64,000 nucleotides of DNA from Spirochaetia bacterium (GCA_963677595.1 OY782041.1:2496001-2560000), one strand, 5' to 3'. Counted from the stretch's first letter, positions 1 through 11,261 are shown. Notes: generated by a model not told the origin, from the letters alone. Made by a program: numbers and translations.

Positions 1-8
1 AGGGGGAC

Positions 9-524
9 GTGGAGGCAGTCTCCCAGCTCTCAGGCCTGCTGAAGGAGCGGGGCTTGACCATCGCTGCGGCTGAATCCTGCACCGGCGGGCTCACCGGGAG
101 CCTGCTCACTGAGGCGCCGGGATCCTCGGCGTATTTCTGGGGATCCTTCGTCACCTATGACAACCGCGCGAAGATGCGGATGCTCTCAGTCCCGGCATCG
201 ACCCTCGAGGAGTACGGGGCTGTCTCCTCACAGACTGCCGCCGCCATGGCCGAAGGGGCCCTGGAGGCTGCCGGGACCGATGCCTCCTTCAGCATCACCG
301 GGATCGCCGGCCCTGAAGGGGGGAGTGACGGGAAACCGGTGGGTACCGTATGGTTCGGCTTCTCCTCCCCCGGTCGTCCAACGCAGACTGTCTCCTGCTG
401 GTTCAAGCCCTATTCACGCGCTTCCGTTCGGAGGAGGGCCGCAGTTTGTGCGCTTTTATTGCTTGAACAGTATATTAAGGGGTATAAGCTTCTTGACATT
501 GTAGGGCAGTGGCAATATATTTAA
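9..524 (+). CDS. cinA: CinA C-terminal domain protein (PncC-like nicotinamide-nucleotide amidohydrolase)
   Basis: AESCTGG, GSSAYF, YGAVS and SITGIAGPEGG...KPVGTVW motifs; GTG start after AGGGG. Confidence 0.88.
   Translation: MEAVSQLSGLLKERGLTIAAAESCTGGLTGSLLTEAPGSSAYFWGSFVTYDNRAKMRMLSVPASTLEEYGAVSSQTAAAMAEGALEAAGTDASFSITGIAGPEGGSDGKPVGTVWFGFSSPGRPTQTVSCWFKPYSRASVRRRAAVCALLLLEQYIKGYKLLDIVGQWQYI
493..521 (+). promoter_or_regulatory. sigma70-like promoter for rho
   Basis: TTGACA-N17-TATATT upstream of an AT-rich leader. Confidence 0.6.
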
Positions 525-663
525 TGTACTGAATGGGCATAACCCCATGTAAGTTCGATTTATCTTAAATGCCGCAAGAGCGGCGACGTAAATCATAGTA
601 CATTCATCATCATTTTTTTACATAACACATACAAATTTTTATGTATTTGGAGAATTAATTTTC

Positions 664-2592
664 ATGTCATCAGATGTACAAGGTGCAGATGTGACTGGTG
701 AGGTCGTTGTATCGACCCCAGAATCTGCGAACACGACTCCCCCTGCGGATCAGGGTTCCCCTGAGGCTGCAAAACCAGAAGAGACCCCAAAGAAACGATT
801 AGTGACCAAGCGGAAGACGACGACCAGGAAGAAGGTGGTCGTCGATAAGGCCGAACCGGCAGCGGAACAGACCGATGCTGCAGCCGAAGAGCAGCCGAAG
901 AAGCGAGTCACCCGGAAGAAGAGTGCAGCAGCATCATCAGCGGATGGTGCGGCCATAGAGGCTGAGAAGGAGACCAAGCCGAAACGCGGCAGGAAGCCTG
1001 CAGCCAGTAAGGCTGCCGCCGAGTCCCAGCCTGCTGAAGCCCCGGCTGCCAAGGAGCCTGCTGTGCAGGTGCAGGAGTCACCTGCAGAGCCGAGCCTCTT
1101 CGATGACCAGGAGAAGGTACCGCGTGCTCCCAGGAATGATGCCAAGCGCAAGAACCAGGGCGGCACCAACAAGAAATACCAGAAACAGCAGCACAGGAAC
1201 AATAATTCCAATTACCAGAAGCGACGGAACAGCAATGGAGCGCCGGCTCCCGTCGATACACAGCTTCCCGCGGGAAACCCGGAACTCTTCGACATCCCCA
1301 ACAGGATGGATGTCGCGGGAGTGAAGCTGAGCATCAATGAGCTGTCCAACCGGAGCGTACCCGCTCTGAGGGAGTTCGCCGAGGAGCAGGGCCTCCCCCT
1401 AGAGCCCCTGCTGGTGATGAAGAAACAGGAGATCATCTTCGAGATCCTCAAGATGCACACGAAGGGCGGGGGGATCATCGTAGCCTACGGCTCGCTGGAG
1501 ATCCTCCCCGACGGGTACGGCTTCCTCCGGTCACCCCAGAACAGTTACCTGCCGGGCCAGGATGATATCTATATATCACCGTCGCAGATCAGGCTGTTCA
1601 ACCTCAAGACCGGTGATACGGTCAATGGCCAGATACGGCCGCCGAAGGACGCTGAGCGGTTCTTCGCCATGCTGCGGGTAGAGACCGTCAACCATGACGA
1701 CCCGAGTGTCGCCCAGTCACGGGTCAACTTCGACAGCATGACACCGCTCTTCCCAGAAGAACGGCTGAACCTCGAGACCCGCAACGGCGATGTCTCCACC
1801 CGGATCATCAACCTCTTCAGCCCCATCGGTAAGGGCCAGCGAGGGTTGATCGTATCCCCGCCGAGAACCGGTAAGACGGTCCTCCTCCAGAAGATCGCCA
1901 ACGCGATCACCGAGAACCACCCCGAGGTGGAACTCATCGTCCTCCTGATCGATGAGCGACCCGAGGAGGTCACCGACATGAGACGGAGCGTCAAGGGAGA
2001 GGTCATCGCCTCGACCTTCGATGAGCAGGCAACCAGGCACGTATCGGTCGCCGAGATGGTGATCGAGAAGGCGAAGCGGCTCGTGGAGCATAAGCGTGAT
2101 GTCGTGATCCTTCTCGACTCGATCACCAGGCTCGCCCGTGCATACAACCAGACGGTCCCGACCTCCGGGAAGATCCTCTCCGGTGGTGTCGACTCCAATG
2201 CGCTCCATAAACCGAAACGGTTCTTCGGTGCAGCGAGGAACATCGAGTTCGGCGGGTCCCTGACCATCGTGGCTACCGCACTCGTCGAGACCGGGTCCAG
2301 GATGGATGAGGTCATCTTCGAGGAGTTCAAGGGAACCGGTAACAACGAGATCGTCCTGGACAGGAGGATGTCAGACCGAAGGCTCTACCCGGCTATCAAT
2401 GTGAAGAAGTCAGGGACGAGGAGGGAGGACCTCCTGCTCGCTGAGACCGAGATCAGTAAGATGTGGATCCTGAGGAATGCATTAAATCCTCTCGAAGATA
2501 TAGAAATGACCGAATTGCTTATTGACAAAATGAGAAAAACCAAGAACAATGAGGCATTCTTGCGATCAATGAACACCACCGATATGAAGTAG
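664..2592 (+). CDS. rho: Transcription termination factor Rho with long low-complexity N-terminal extension
   Basis: [59 protein letters not shown]. Confidence 0.98.
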   Translation: MSSDVQGADVTGEVVVSTPESANTTPPADQGSPEAAKPEETPKKRLVTKRKTTTRKKVVVDKAEPAAEQTDAAAEEQPKKRVTRKKSAAASSADGAAIEAEKETKPKRGRKPAASKAAAESQPAEAPAAKEPAVQVQESPAEPSLFDDQEKVPRAPRNDAKRKNQGGTNKKYQKQQHRNNNSNYQKRRNSNGAPAPVDTQLPAGNPELFDIPNRMDVAGVKLSINELSNRSVPALREFAEEQGLPLEPLLVMKKQEIIFEILKMHTKGGGIIVAYGSLEILPDGYGFLRSPQNSYLPGQDDIYISPSQIRLFNLKTGDTVNGQIRPPKDAERFFAMLRVETVNHDDPSVAQSRVNFDSMTPLFPEERLNLETRNGDVSTRIINLFSPIGKGQRGLIVSPPRTGKTVLLQKIANAITENHPEVELIVLLIDERPEEVTDMRRSVKGEVIASTFDEQATRHVSVAEMVIEKAKRLVEHKRDVVILLDSITRLARAYNQTVPTSGKILSGGVDSNALHKPKRFFGAARNIEFGGSLTIVATALVETGSRMDEVIFEEFKGTGNNEIVLDRRMSDRRLYPAINVKKSGTRREDLLLAETEISKMWILRNALNPLEDIEMTELLIDKMRKTKNNEAFLRSMNTTDMK

Positions 2593-2795
2593 GTGGTCTC
2601 GACCCGGCAGGTGTGGCCGTGAACACGGTCATGACTTGCCTAAAAGAGGTCGATTGATTATATTTCCCGTATCAGGGAGTATGGTCAGGTTCAGGTCGTC
2701 TATTTTTTTCTGAAGAGGACGGTGTGACCCTCTTCTTTGAATAGATACCTGGTCTTCTGTACGTTAGCAGAGGACTTCATATAGTGGAGGATAAC

Positions 2796-2999
<204 letters not shown>

Positions 3000-3022
3000 C
3001 CATACGGACAGGCGCTAAGATC

Positions 3023-3058
3023 AGGGACACTCTTTTTTAAGGGTGTTCCTTTTTTTTT
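3023..3058 (+). terminator. Intrinsic terminator after rpmE
   Basis: AGGGACACTCT...AGGGTGTTCCT stem followed by a T-run. Confidence 0.85.
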
Positions 3059-3226
3059 ACGGAGTCCATCACCCCTCGAACCTTGGGAGACTGATGAGAA
3101 GTTTTCCTCTCACACCCCGATTATTGGATGATACTATAGTGCAAACTCAGTCATGTATGGAAATGTGAATCAGATTTTAATTGCATAAACAAAGTAATTA
3201 CCATACAATTGATTAAGGGAGCATAC

Positions 3227-4369
3227 ATGGCGAGCATTCACGAGCTTCACAGCCGGGAGTATGGTGAGGCGCCCGAGGTTGCCGTATCGGTACCGGGGGT
3301 CATCACGCTAATGGGGGAATATTCTGATCTGTGTGACGGATATGCCCTGACCGGAGCTGTGGACTGTACAACTCAGATAGCGATATCTCGTAGGACGGAT
3401 AATTCTCTGCGTTTCTATTCAGCAGAACTGAATGAACGGAAGAGGACCACCATCCCCAACCTGAAGTACCGCAGGGAGGATCGCTGGGCGAACTACATCA
3501 AGGGAGTGCTCTATGAGACCTACCGCAGGAACTTCATCTTCAAGGGCCTGAACATCACGGTCAAGTCGAACATCCCGCAGCGGGTAGGCTTGCGGGCCTC
3601 CACGGCAGTCTGTACCTCGGCAGCCCTGGCCCTGAAAGAGCTCTTCAACTTCGATGTCGATGACAACCAGCTCATCCAGGCGATCTACTTCGCCGAGACC
3701 TCCTTCCTCCAGTCGAAGTCACGGCTGGTGGACATCATGACCATGCTGAATGCGAGGGAGGGGTCGGTGATGCTCTTCGACCTCCACTCCTTCGAGTTCT
3801 CCTATATCCCCATCGATATGGGGGCTGACCAGTTCCTCATCACGGAGAGTAACGTCCCTCCCTTCCCGGTACGGGATGAGATCGTCTACCGGGAGGAGCA
3901 GTGCCAGGAAGGACTCTCTGTGATGCGCTCCAAACTCCAGGGAGGCCTGATCAGGGAGTACTCGCTCGGTGCGATCAACGGTGCAGCCGCACCGCTTCCT
4001 GAGGAGCAGAAACGGTTCTGCGTCTATGTGCTCGAGGAGAGTTATCGGGTACAGGAGGCAGCCCATGCCCTTGAACAAAAAGACTCCCCGTCGTATGGTA
4101 GGTTCATGAACAGGTCACAGACCGGGCTGAGGGATCAGTTCGAGGTCTCCTGTCCGGAGATCGACTGGCTGACCAAGCGTGCGACAGAGATCAGCGGCTG
4201 TTTCGGGGCGAACATGATCGGCCCGGGCTTCGGGGGGAGCACCCTGTCCCTGATGACTCCTGCCGCACGGGAAGAATACATGCATCGATTAGAGGAGTAT
4301 GAGCACATTTTCGGATTTCATCCTGAATTGATCGAGTATCATCCGATGGGGAAAGCCCGCATAATGTGA
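3227..4369 (+). CDS. galK: Galactokinase-family (GHMP) protein with divergent motifs
   Basis: PGVITLMGEYSD, WANYIKGV, IPQRVGLRASTA, FEVSCPEID, GPGFGG. Confidence 0.75.
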   Translation: MASIHELHSREYGEAPEVAVSVPGVITLMGEYSDLCDGYALTGAVDCTTQIAISRRTDNSLRFYSAELNERKRTTIPNLKYRREDRWANYIKGVLYETYRRNFIFKGLNITVKSNIPQRVGLRASTAVCTSAALALKELFNFDVDDNQLIQAIYFAETSFLQSKSRLVDIMTMLNAREGSVMLFDLHSFEFSYIPIDMGADQFLITESNVPPFPVRDEIVYREEQCQEGLSVMRSKLQGGLIREYSLGAINGAAAPLPEEQKRFCVYVLEESYRVQEAAHALEQKDSPSYGRFMNRSQTGLRDQFEVSCPEIDWLTKRATEISGCFGANMIGPGFGGSTLSLMTPAAREEYMHRLEEYEHIFGFHPELIEYHPMGKARIM

Positions 4370-4383
4370 CCAGCAGGATCACC

Positions 4384-5142
4384 ATGAGAATTCTCATAAC
4401 CAATGACGACGGAATCCACAGTGAAGGCCTGCACAGCCTGAGAGAGACGCTTCTGCAGGCCGGCCATGAGGTATGGGTATGTGCCCCCGACACGGAGCGG
4501 AGCGCCCATTCCCACGCGATCACCCTGAAGGTCCCGGTGAAGTTCCACGAGATCGAACCGCGGGTATACAGCTGCAGCGGGACACCGGCAGACTGCATCT
4601 TCTACGGGCTCAAGGGAGCCTTGCCCATGGTCCCCGATGTCGTCGTCTCAGGGATCAACAAGGGATACAATGTCGGGACCGATATCATCTATTCCGGGAC
4701 GGTCGGAGCCGCACGGGAGGCTGTCCTCCACAAGATCCCCGCGATCGCCATCTCCGCCGAGGGCTTCGAGCCTCCCCATCCGTTCGCACAGGCAGCCCGG
4801 TTCCTCGCTGACCATATCGAGGGGTTCCTTCCGCTCTGGACGGATGATATCGTCATAAACATCAACGTCCCCTTCGAGCCGGACGGCAGCTGGCAGGCGG
4901 CGACCCCGCAGCAGCGGGACTACGATGACCGGATCCAGCCCTTCCAGGTTCGGGAGAACGAGATCTTCTATTTCCTCAAGGGAGGGAACTCCACGACGGG
5001 GAAGATACAGCTCGATCCCGGCTCCGATATGGATTTTCTCAAGAAAAATGTCATTACCGTCACCCCTCTTTATATCCATCCGACCGCTGATTCGATACAA
5101 TACGAAGCATTCAAGGAGCTGGCGAGGAACGGGGGACGATGA
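4384..5142 (+). CDS. surE: 5'/3'-nucleotidase SurE
   Basis: MRILITNDDG, SGTPADC, SGINKGYNVG..IIYSGTV. Confidence 0.96.
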   Translation: MRILITNDDGIHSEGLHSLRETLLQAGHEVWVCAPDTERSAHSHAITLKVPVKFHEIEPRVYSCSGTPADCIFYGLKGALPMVPDVVVSGINKGYNVGTDIIYSGTVGAAREAVLHKIPAIAISAEGFEPPHPFAQAARFLADHIEGFLPLWTDDIVININVPFEPDGSWQAATPQQRDYDDRIQPFQVRENEIFYFLKGGNSTTGKIQLDPGSDMDFLKKNVITVTPLYIHPTADSIQYEAFKELARNGGR

Positions 5143-5510
5143 TACGACCGGTACAGTGGTACAGGAACATGAAGCAGGAACGGACTCAGAAGTGGGATAG
5201 CCACTGCAGTCGGTGCGGACTCTGCTGCCATGAGAAGACCATCATTGGCAAAGAGGTCGTCTATGACCTCGACCAGTGGTGCGAACACTTCGACCCCGTC
5301 ACGCGAACCTGCCGGGTCTATGCGAAACGGCTCACCGAGCATGTGAGATGCAGGCCGGTGACCGTATTCCGTGCGATGTTCGCGACCTATCTCCCCCCCG
5401 AATGCGGGTATGTCCGATGGGCAGAACAGCATCATCTCCGTTTGGCCCCCTACCGCCGGATCCATTATGTCCGTGACGGTGAAGAAGACACAGCAGCCCT
5501 TCTCTCCTGA
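5139..5510 (+). CDS. CxxCxxCC cysteine-cluster protein (YcgN/YkgJ-like)
   Basis: CSRCGLCC, C..FD....CRVY.KR, LPPECGY; ATGA overlap with surE. Confidence 0.75.
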   Translation: MIRPVQWYRNMKQERTQKWDSHCSRCGLCCHEKTIIGKEVVYDLDQWCEHFDPVTRTCRVYAKRLTEHVRCRPVTVFRAMFATYLPPECGYVRWAEQHHLRLAPYRRIHYVRDGEEDTAALLS

Positions 5511-5639
5511 CAATATCATCACAGAACTTGACGGTGCATCATACAATCAGTATGTTATTACCACATATGGAGTATCGAGAGATGTTCCATACCTCCGGAC
5601 AGGGGTACTGTCCGGACACGAGAGGAAAGAAAAGGGATT

Positions 5640-6800
5640 ATGGATAACAGAATAGTCTATCTTGATAATAACGCGACGACTCCCGTCGCACCCGAGGTCA
5701 AGGATATCATCCTTGAGACCCTCGATATCTTCGGCAATGCCTCGAGCATGCACGGCCCGGGAAGGCTCGCCCATGCTGCTGTGGCGCAGTCGAGGCAGCA
5801 TGTGTCAGACCTGATCGGGGCTGATGCAGACGAGATCATCTTCACCGGGGGCGGTTCGGAATCGAACAATACCGTCCTGAACCTCGTGTTCTCCGACATA
5901 TTCGGGAACACGGGCAGGAACAGGATCGTCACCACGAAGATCGAGCACCCGAGCATCTTCGAGACGGTACAGACGCTCGAGGCGAAAGGGGCCGCGATCA
6001 CCCTCATCGGTGTCGATGGGGGCGGGAACCTCGATTTCGAGGCACTTGAGGCTGCCATGGGCGACGATGTGGCGATCGTCTCCGTCATGATGGCCAACAA
6101 CGAGATCGGGACGATCCTCGATGTGAAGCGGGCTGCGAAGATCGCACATGCGTGCGGGGCACTCTTCCACACCGATGCGGTCCAGGCGGTCGGGAAGATC
6201 CCGATCGACGTGAAGGAGCTGGAAGTGGACTTCCTGAGCCTCTCGGGCCATAAGCTCTATGCCCCGAAGGGGATCGGAGCCCTCTACATCAAGAAGGGGA
6301 TCCCCTTCTGCCCCCTCATCCATGGCGGGCACCAGGAACACGGGAGAAGGGCAGGGACCTACAACAACACCGGCATCATCGCTCTCGGCCGGGCTGCTGC
6401 GCTGGCGCAGGAGCAGATGACCGGGGAGATCGACCGGGAGCGGGTCCTTCGTGACAGGCTCAAGGAGGGACTGCTTGCCGCGGTCCCGAACATCACGGTG
6501 AACGGGGACCAGGAACACATCCTCCCCGGGACGCTCAATGTCTCCTTCCCCGGTGCGGAGGGGGAGTCGATCCTCCTCTACCTCGACCTCGAGGGGATCG
6601 CGGTATCCACCGGGTCGGCCTGTGCGACCGGTTCCCTGGAACCCTCCTACGTCCTCATGGAGCTCGGGCTGGGGCCGGAACTCGCCCACAGCTCCATACG
6701 GTTCAGCATTGGTGCCTACAATACCGAGGCTGATGTCGCTTACGTCCTGGAGAAGCTGCCTCCAATCATCAAGAAGATCAGGGAGATGTCAACGTTATGA
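5640..6800 (+). CDS. nifS: Cysteine desulfurase NifS/IscS
   Basis: YLDNNATTP, HTDAVQA, SGHKLYAPKG, STGSAC. Confidence 0.95.
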   Translation: MDNRIVYLDNNATTPVAPEVKDIILETLDIFGNASSMHGPGRLAHAAVAQSRQHVSDLIGADADEIIFTGGGSESNNTVLNLVFSDIFGNTGRNRIVTTKIEHPSIFETVQTLEAKGAAITLIGVDGGGNLDFEALEAAMGDDVAIVSVMMANNEIGTILDVKRAAKIAHACGALFHTDAVQAVGKIPIDVKELEVDFLSLSGHKLYAPKGIGALYIKKGIPFCPLIHGGHQEHGRRAGTYNNTGIIALGRAAALAQEQMTGEIDRERVLRDRLKEGLLAAVPNITVNGDQEHILPGTLNVSFPGAEGESILLYLDLEGIAVSTGSACATGSLEPSYVLMELGLGPELAHSSIRFSIGAYNTEADVAYVLEKLPPIIKKIREMSTL

Positions 6801-7399
6801 GTTTTATGAACGAATGGGTCTATACCGATACCGTGAAGGATCATTTCATGAATCCGAAGAATGTGCTGAACGATCCCGACTACAAGGAAGACGGGAAGGG
6901 CATGGTCGGCTCCATGGCGTGCGGGGACCAGATGCTCGTCGTCATCAAGGTCGCCGATGACGTGATCACCGACCTGAAGTGGAAGACCTACGGATGTGCC
7001 TCCGCGATCGCGAGCACCTCCATGATGTCCGAGATGGCCCTCGGCATGACCCTCGATGCGGCCTACCACCTGACGCCGGAGATGATCACCGACAAGCTTG
7101 GCGGGCTGCCGAACCATAAGTTCCACTGTTCGGTGCTCGGGGACAAGGCACTCCGTGCAGCCATCGATGACTACCTTGAGCGGCAGGGAAGGGAGAACCC
7201 CTTCAAGAAGAGCGTCGCCAGGATCATCTGTGAATGCAAGGGGGTGACCGACCAGCAGATCGAGGCCCTCGTGAAGGACGACACCTCACTGACCTTCGAA
7301 CAGCTTCAGGAGAAGACCGGCCTCGGGACCGTCTGCGGGAAGTGCCAGTCCAAGGCAAAGGACCTGCTCGATGAGCTGGTCCATATCTACAGCCATTAG
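6797..7399 (+). CDS. nifU: NifU-like Fe-S scaffold (IscU domain plus BFD-like 2Fe-2S domain)
   Basis: DHFMNPKN, ACGD, YGCASAIAS, KFHCSVL; C-terminal ICEC...GTVCGKC. Confidence 0.88.
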   Translation: MSFMNEWVYTDTVKDHFMNPKNVLNDPDYKEDGKGMVGSMACGDQMLVVIKVADDVITDLKWKTYGCASAIASTSMMSEMALGMTLDAAYHLTPEMITDKLGGLPNHKFHCSVLGDKALRAAIDDYLERQGRENPFKKSVARIICECKGVTDQQIEALVKDDTSLTFEQLQEKTGLGTVCGKCQSKAKDLLDELVHIYSH

Positions 7400-7520
7400 G
7401 CCGTGAGCCCTTGGGAAGCGGCCGGCCGATCATTGCACCGAAGGTTCATCATCGTACTAGTGCATATGGCCGGCCGTTCTGGTATACTAAGGATAGACAG
7501 GAGGAGGGGAGAGATAGGAT

Positions 7521-7826
7521 ATGTCCGGGAAATATGAGATCAAGACCATCATCGAACAGGACGTGGAGATCGTTGAGCCCTCCCTGTACCATGTGGTCCT
7601 GCTCAATGATGATTATACCACGATGGAGTTCGTCGTCACCGTCATCACCGATGTCTTCCATGTGAGTGCCGCCGATGCGTCACGGATCATGATGGAGGTC
7701 CATACGAAGGGCCGCGGTGTTGCCGGTACCTACATCCGTGATATTGCCCAGACGAAAGCCAATACCGTCATGCATATGGCATTCAAGAGGAACTTCCCTC
7801 TTAAATGTATCCTTGAAGAGGCATAG
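7521..7826 (+). CDS. clpS: Clp protease adaptor ClpS
   Basis: YHVVLLNDDYTTMEFVV...MMEVH..G.G..G.Y...FPLKC. Confidence 0.96.
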   Translation: MSGKYEIKTIIEQDVEIVEPSLYHVVLLNDDYTTMEFVVTVITDVFHVSAADASRIMMEVHTKGRGVAGTYIRDIAQTKANTVMHMAFKRNFPLKCILEEA

Positions 7827-7850
7827 CGCCGACTCGATGGGGAGTCCGAG

Positions 7851-10319
7851 ATGAAAGTATCAGAGATCGTACAGGAAGCATTGGGAACCGCCTATCTGAC
7901 AGCCAGGGAACACAGACACGAATACATCACCCCGGAGCATATGCTCTATGCGATGCTCTTCTACGAGGAGACGAGATTCATCCTCAGGGAGAGCGGCGTA
8001 GAGCTCAACCGCCTCAAGGAGAACCTCGAGGAGTATTTCGAGAAGCGGATCCCCGTCCTCGAGGTGGGCCGTGAGCGGGAACCCGAGCAGACCATGGGCT
8101 TCCAGGATATCATCGAACAGGCAGTTGCCCATACCGACTCGGCTGAGAAGGAGATGCTCGAACTCTCCGACCTCCTCGTCGCGATCTTCGATGAGCCGGA
8201 GACCTACGGCAACTACTACCTCGTCAAGAACGGGCTCACCCGGTACAACCTCACCGAGGTCATCAGCCACAAGCTGCCCTCCTTCCTGAAGCGGCAGGAG
8301 CATAAGAAACAGGAACAGTCCTCCCTCCATACCGGGGACGAAGGACAGTTGGCCGAAGGCGATACCGCAGAGACCCCTGCGGATACCAGTGCTCTCGGCC
8401 TCTATACCCGGAACCTCACGAAGGCTGCGGAGCGCGAGGAGCTCGATCCCCTGATCGGCCGTGAGCAGATCCTTGACCGGACGCTGCAGGTGCTCTGCCG
8501 GAGGGTCAAGAACAACCCGATCCTCGTCGGTGATCCCGGGGTGGGGAAGACTGCGATGGCCTCAGGTGTTGCCTTGAGGATCGTGGAGGGTACGGTACCC
8601 GGGAGACTGAAGCATGCTGAGATCTACGAGCTCGATATGGGAGCCCTCCTTGCCGGGACGAAATACCGCGGTGATTTCGAGGAACGGCTGAAGGCGATCA
8701 TCGATGAGCTCAAGGAGCGGCAGGCGATCCTCTTCATCGACGAGATCCACACGATCATCGGTGCCGGTTCGGTCTCGGGAGGCTCCGTGGACGGGGCTAA
8801 CCTCCTGAAGCCAGCATTGGCAGACGGCTCGATCAAGTGCATCGGCTCCACGACGGAGGACGAGTTCAAGAAGATCTTCAGCAAGGATGGGGCCCTCTCG
8901 AGGAGGTTCCAGAAGGTCGAGATACCGGAGACCACCCAGGAAGAGACCTTGAGGATCCTCAAGGGGCTGAGAAGCCGTTTCGAGAGTTACCATAATGTCC
9001 GTTATACCGAATCGGCACTGAAGGCAGCCGTGGAGCTCTCCGGGAAGTTCATCAACGACCGGGCGCTCCCCGACAAGGCCATCGACGTGATCGATGAGGC
9101 AGGGGCAGCCATGCAGCTGAAGGTCGCCGCCTCGAGGAGACCCGAGGAACCCGAGCAGACACCCCTGGCACGGAATGTGATCTACCTTGACGAGATGGGG
9201 GTAGGGCATACCGATGAGGATATCGAGGAAGAAGTCGTCATCGAGGATATCAGGCGGATCGATGTCCGTTATATCGAGAAGATCGTGGCTAATATAGCGA
9301 GGGTCCCGGTGAAGAGCGTCAGCCGCTCGGAGATCGACCGCCTCAAGCTCCTCGAGCCGGAACTGAAATCCCGTATCTTCGGCCAGGATTCAGCGGTCGA
9401 GAGCGTGGTTGGCGCGATCAAGCGGTCGAGGGCCGGCTTCACCAAGGAGACGAAACCCGTCGCCTCCTTCCTCTTCGTCGGGCCGACCGGCGTCGGGAAG
9501 ACCGAACTGTGTGTCCAGCTCTCAGACATCCTGGGCATCCCGCTGCTCCGCTTCGATATGAGCGAGTACCAGGAGAAGCATACCGTGAGCAGGCTCGTCG
9601 GTTCGCCTCCCGGGTATATCGGGTACGATGAGGGCGGGCTCCTTACCGATGCGATCCGCAGGCAGCCCCATGCCGTGCTCTTGCTCGACGAGATCGAGAA
9701 GGCCCATGCCGATATCTACAACATCCTGCTGCAGATCCTCGACTATGCGACCCTGACCGACACGATGGGCAGGAAGGCCGATTTCCGGAACGTGATCATC
9801 ATCATGACGAGTAATGCCGGTGCGAGAGACCTGGGGAAGCGGATGATCGGGTTCGTCGACAACCGGATCGACAACTCCTCGGTGGATACCGCCTTGGAGA
9901 AGATCTTCTCCCCCGAGTTCAGGAACCGGCTGGACAAGATCGTGAGCTTCAAGCGTCTCGGCCACGAGGAGATCCTCTCCATCGTCGATAACGAGATCAG
10001 GGAGTTCGCAGCCCAGCTGAAGCGGAAACGGGTGACCATCGAGGTGACCCCGGCTGCACGGGAGTGGTTCGTCGCACTGGGGTACTCCCATGAGTTCGGT
10101 GCCAGGAACATCGCTCGGGTCATCCAGGACCGGCTGAAGGACTACTTCGTCGACAACATCCTTTTCGGGGACCTCAAGCAGGGCGGGCTGATCACCGTCG
10201 ATGTCAAGGGGAAGGATGCCCGGCAGGCAGGTGAACGGAACCTCATCCCACGGGTCCAGACCGAACCGGAAGGGTTCGAGCTGGTCTTCCGTTCACAAGA
10301 GTCCGTGACCAATCCCTGA
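7851..10319 (+). CDS. clpA: ATP-dependent Clp protease ATPase ClpA
   Basis: Clp N-domain; two AAA modules (GDPGVGKT, GPTGVGKT); follows clpS. Confidence 0.95.
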   Translation: MKVSEIVQEALGTAYLTAREHRHEYITPEHMLYAMLFYEETRFILRESGVELNRLKENLEEYFEKRIPVLEVGREREPEQTMGFQDIIEQAVAHTDSAEKEMLELSDLLVAIFDEPETYGNYYLVKNGLTRYNLTEVISHKLPSFLKRQEHKKQEQSSLHTGDEGQLAEGDTAETPADTSALGLYTRNLTKAAEREELDPLIGREQILDRTLQVLCRRVKNNPILVGDPGVGKTAMASGVALRIVEGTVPGRLKHAEIYELDMGALLAGTKYRGDFEERLKAIIDELKERQAILFIDEIHTIIGAGSVSGGSVDGANLLKPALADGSIKCIGSTTEDEFKKIFSKDGALSRRFQKVEIPETTQEETLRILKGLRSRFESYHNVRYTESALKAAVELSGKFINDRALPDKAIDVIDEAGAAMQLKVAASRRPEEPEQTPLARNVIYLDEMGVGHTDEDIEEEVVIEDIRRIDVRYIEKIVANIARVPVKSVSRSEIDRLKLLEPELKSRIFGQDSAVESVVGAIKRSRAGFTKETKPVASFLFVGPTGVGKTELCVQLSDILGIPLLRFDMSEYQEKHTVSRLVGSPPGYIGYDEGGLLTDAIRRQPHAVLLLDEIEKAHADIYNILLQILDYATLTDTMGRKADFRNVIIIMTSNAGARDLGKRMIGFVDNRIDNSSVDTALEKIFSPEFRNRLDKIVSFKRLGHEEILSIVDNEIREFAAQLKRKRVTIEVTPAAREWFVALGYSHEFGARNIARVIQDRLKDYFVDNILFGDLKQGGLITVDVKGKDARQAGERNLIPRVQTEPEGFELVFRSQESVTNP

Positions 10320-10322
10320 TCC

Positions 10323-10976
10323 ATGGAGTATCCAGAGATCCCCTATTTCGACGCCTCCGTGCGTGTGACCTTCCCCGACCCTGATCCCGATGATGAGTAC
10401 GGGATCGTCATGGTCGGGGGGAACCTCTCACCGGGGATGCTGCTCTCCGGCTATGAGCAGGGGGTCTTCCCCTGGTTCGAACCCCACCAGCCCATCCTCT
10501 GGTGGAACCCGCCGATGCGCTGCGTACTCTTCCCGGGGGAGCTCCATCTCTCCCGGTCCATGAGACGCTTCATACGAAACAATCCCTACACAGTGATGAA
10601 GGACACGGCCTTCGAGCAGGTGATCAGGGCCTGCAAGGAGATCCCCAGGGAGGGGCAGCGGGGTACCTGGATCACCGAGGACATGGTGGAAGCCTATATC
10701 GAGCTGCACCTGCTCGGCTATGCCCACTCCTATGAGGTCTGGGACGGGGAAGAGCTCGCAGGGGGACTCTACGGCATCGAGATGGAGCACTACTTCTGCG
10801 GGGAGTCCATGTTCTCGAGAAGGTCGAACACCTCGAAGCTCGCCCTTATGCATCTCTACGAGGAGACCATCGTGCAGCGGGGATTCTCCTTCATCGACTT
10901 CCAGGTCACCAACCCCCATTCAGAATCACTGGGGGCACGGGAGATCCCGAGAGAAGCGTACCTGGCCCTGCTCTAG
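10323..10976 (+). CDS. aat: Leucyl/phenylalanyl-tRNA-protein transferase
   Basis: GGNLSP..LL.GY.QGVFPWF, TWIT, AHSYEVW, GGLYG, FCGESMFS. Confidence 0.96.
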   Translation: MEYPEIPYFDASVRVTFPDPDPDDEYGIVMVGGNLSPGMLLSGYEQGVFPWFEPHQPILWWNPPMRCVLFPGELHLSRSMRRFIRNNPYTVMKDTAFEQVIRACKEIPREGQRGTWITEDMVEAYIELHLLGYAHSYEVWDGEELAGGLYGIEMEHYFCGESMFSRRSNTSKLALMHLYEETIVQRGFSFIDFQVTNPHSESLGAREIPREAYLALL

Positions 10977-10984
10977 TAGCTGAA
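10973..10984 (+). repeat. 12-bp direct repeat CTAGTAGCTGAA, left copy
   Basis: Identical to 13094-13105; contains the aat stop codon. Confidence 0.75.
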
Positions 10985-11207
10985 AAACAGCACTGGTAAG
11001 GACTTGCCGCTTATCCTGACCCTGCTGAGGGGCAAGGGCAGTCGTTCCACAAAGCAAGCAGCCTCAATCTGGTAAGAAGGAAAACCCTAAAAAAGTCGAT
11101 CAGTATGATACAATAGCATGATGAGCTGTTGCATACCGGCAGAGAACATACGTAGATTTGGCATGCAGGACTAAAGATATCTGTTGGAATGGCAAGTATA
11201 TAGAGAA

Positions 11208-11236
11208 TTGACGACGCTGTATAAATCATGTAGAGT
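11208..11236 (+). promoter_or_regulatory. Candidate sigma70 promoter of the ATPase cassette
   Basis: TTGACG-N17-TAGAGT upstream of the AAGGAG RBS. Confidence 0.4.
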
Positions 11237-11261
11237 TTAGAGTGTGAGATAAGGAGTTTTT

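Noticed and set aside
2600-2790. Possible structured RNA leader upstream of rpmE
   Set aside because: Small hairpins are present, but I cannot match them to a known RNA family by eye.
7521-10976. clpS-clpA-aat cluster as a novelty
   Set aside because: This is the well-known N-degron pathway gene arrangement.
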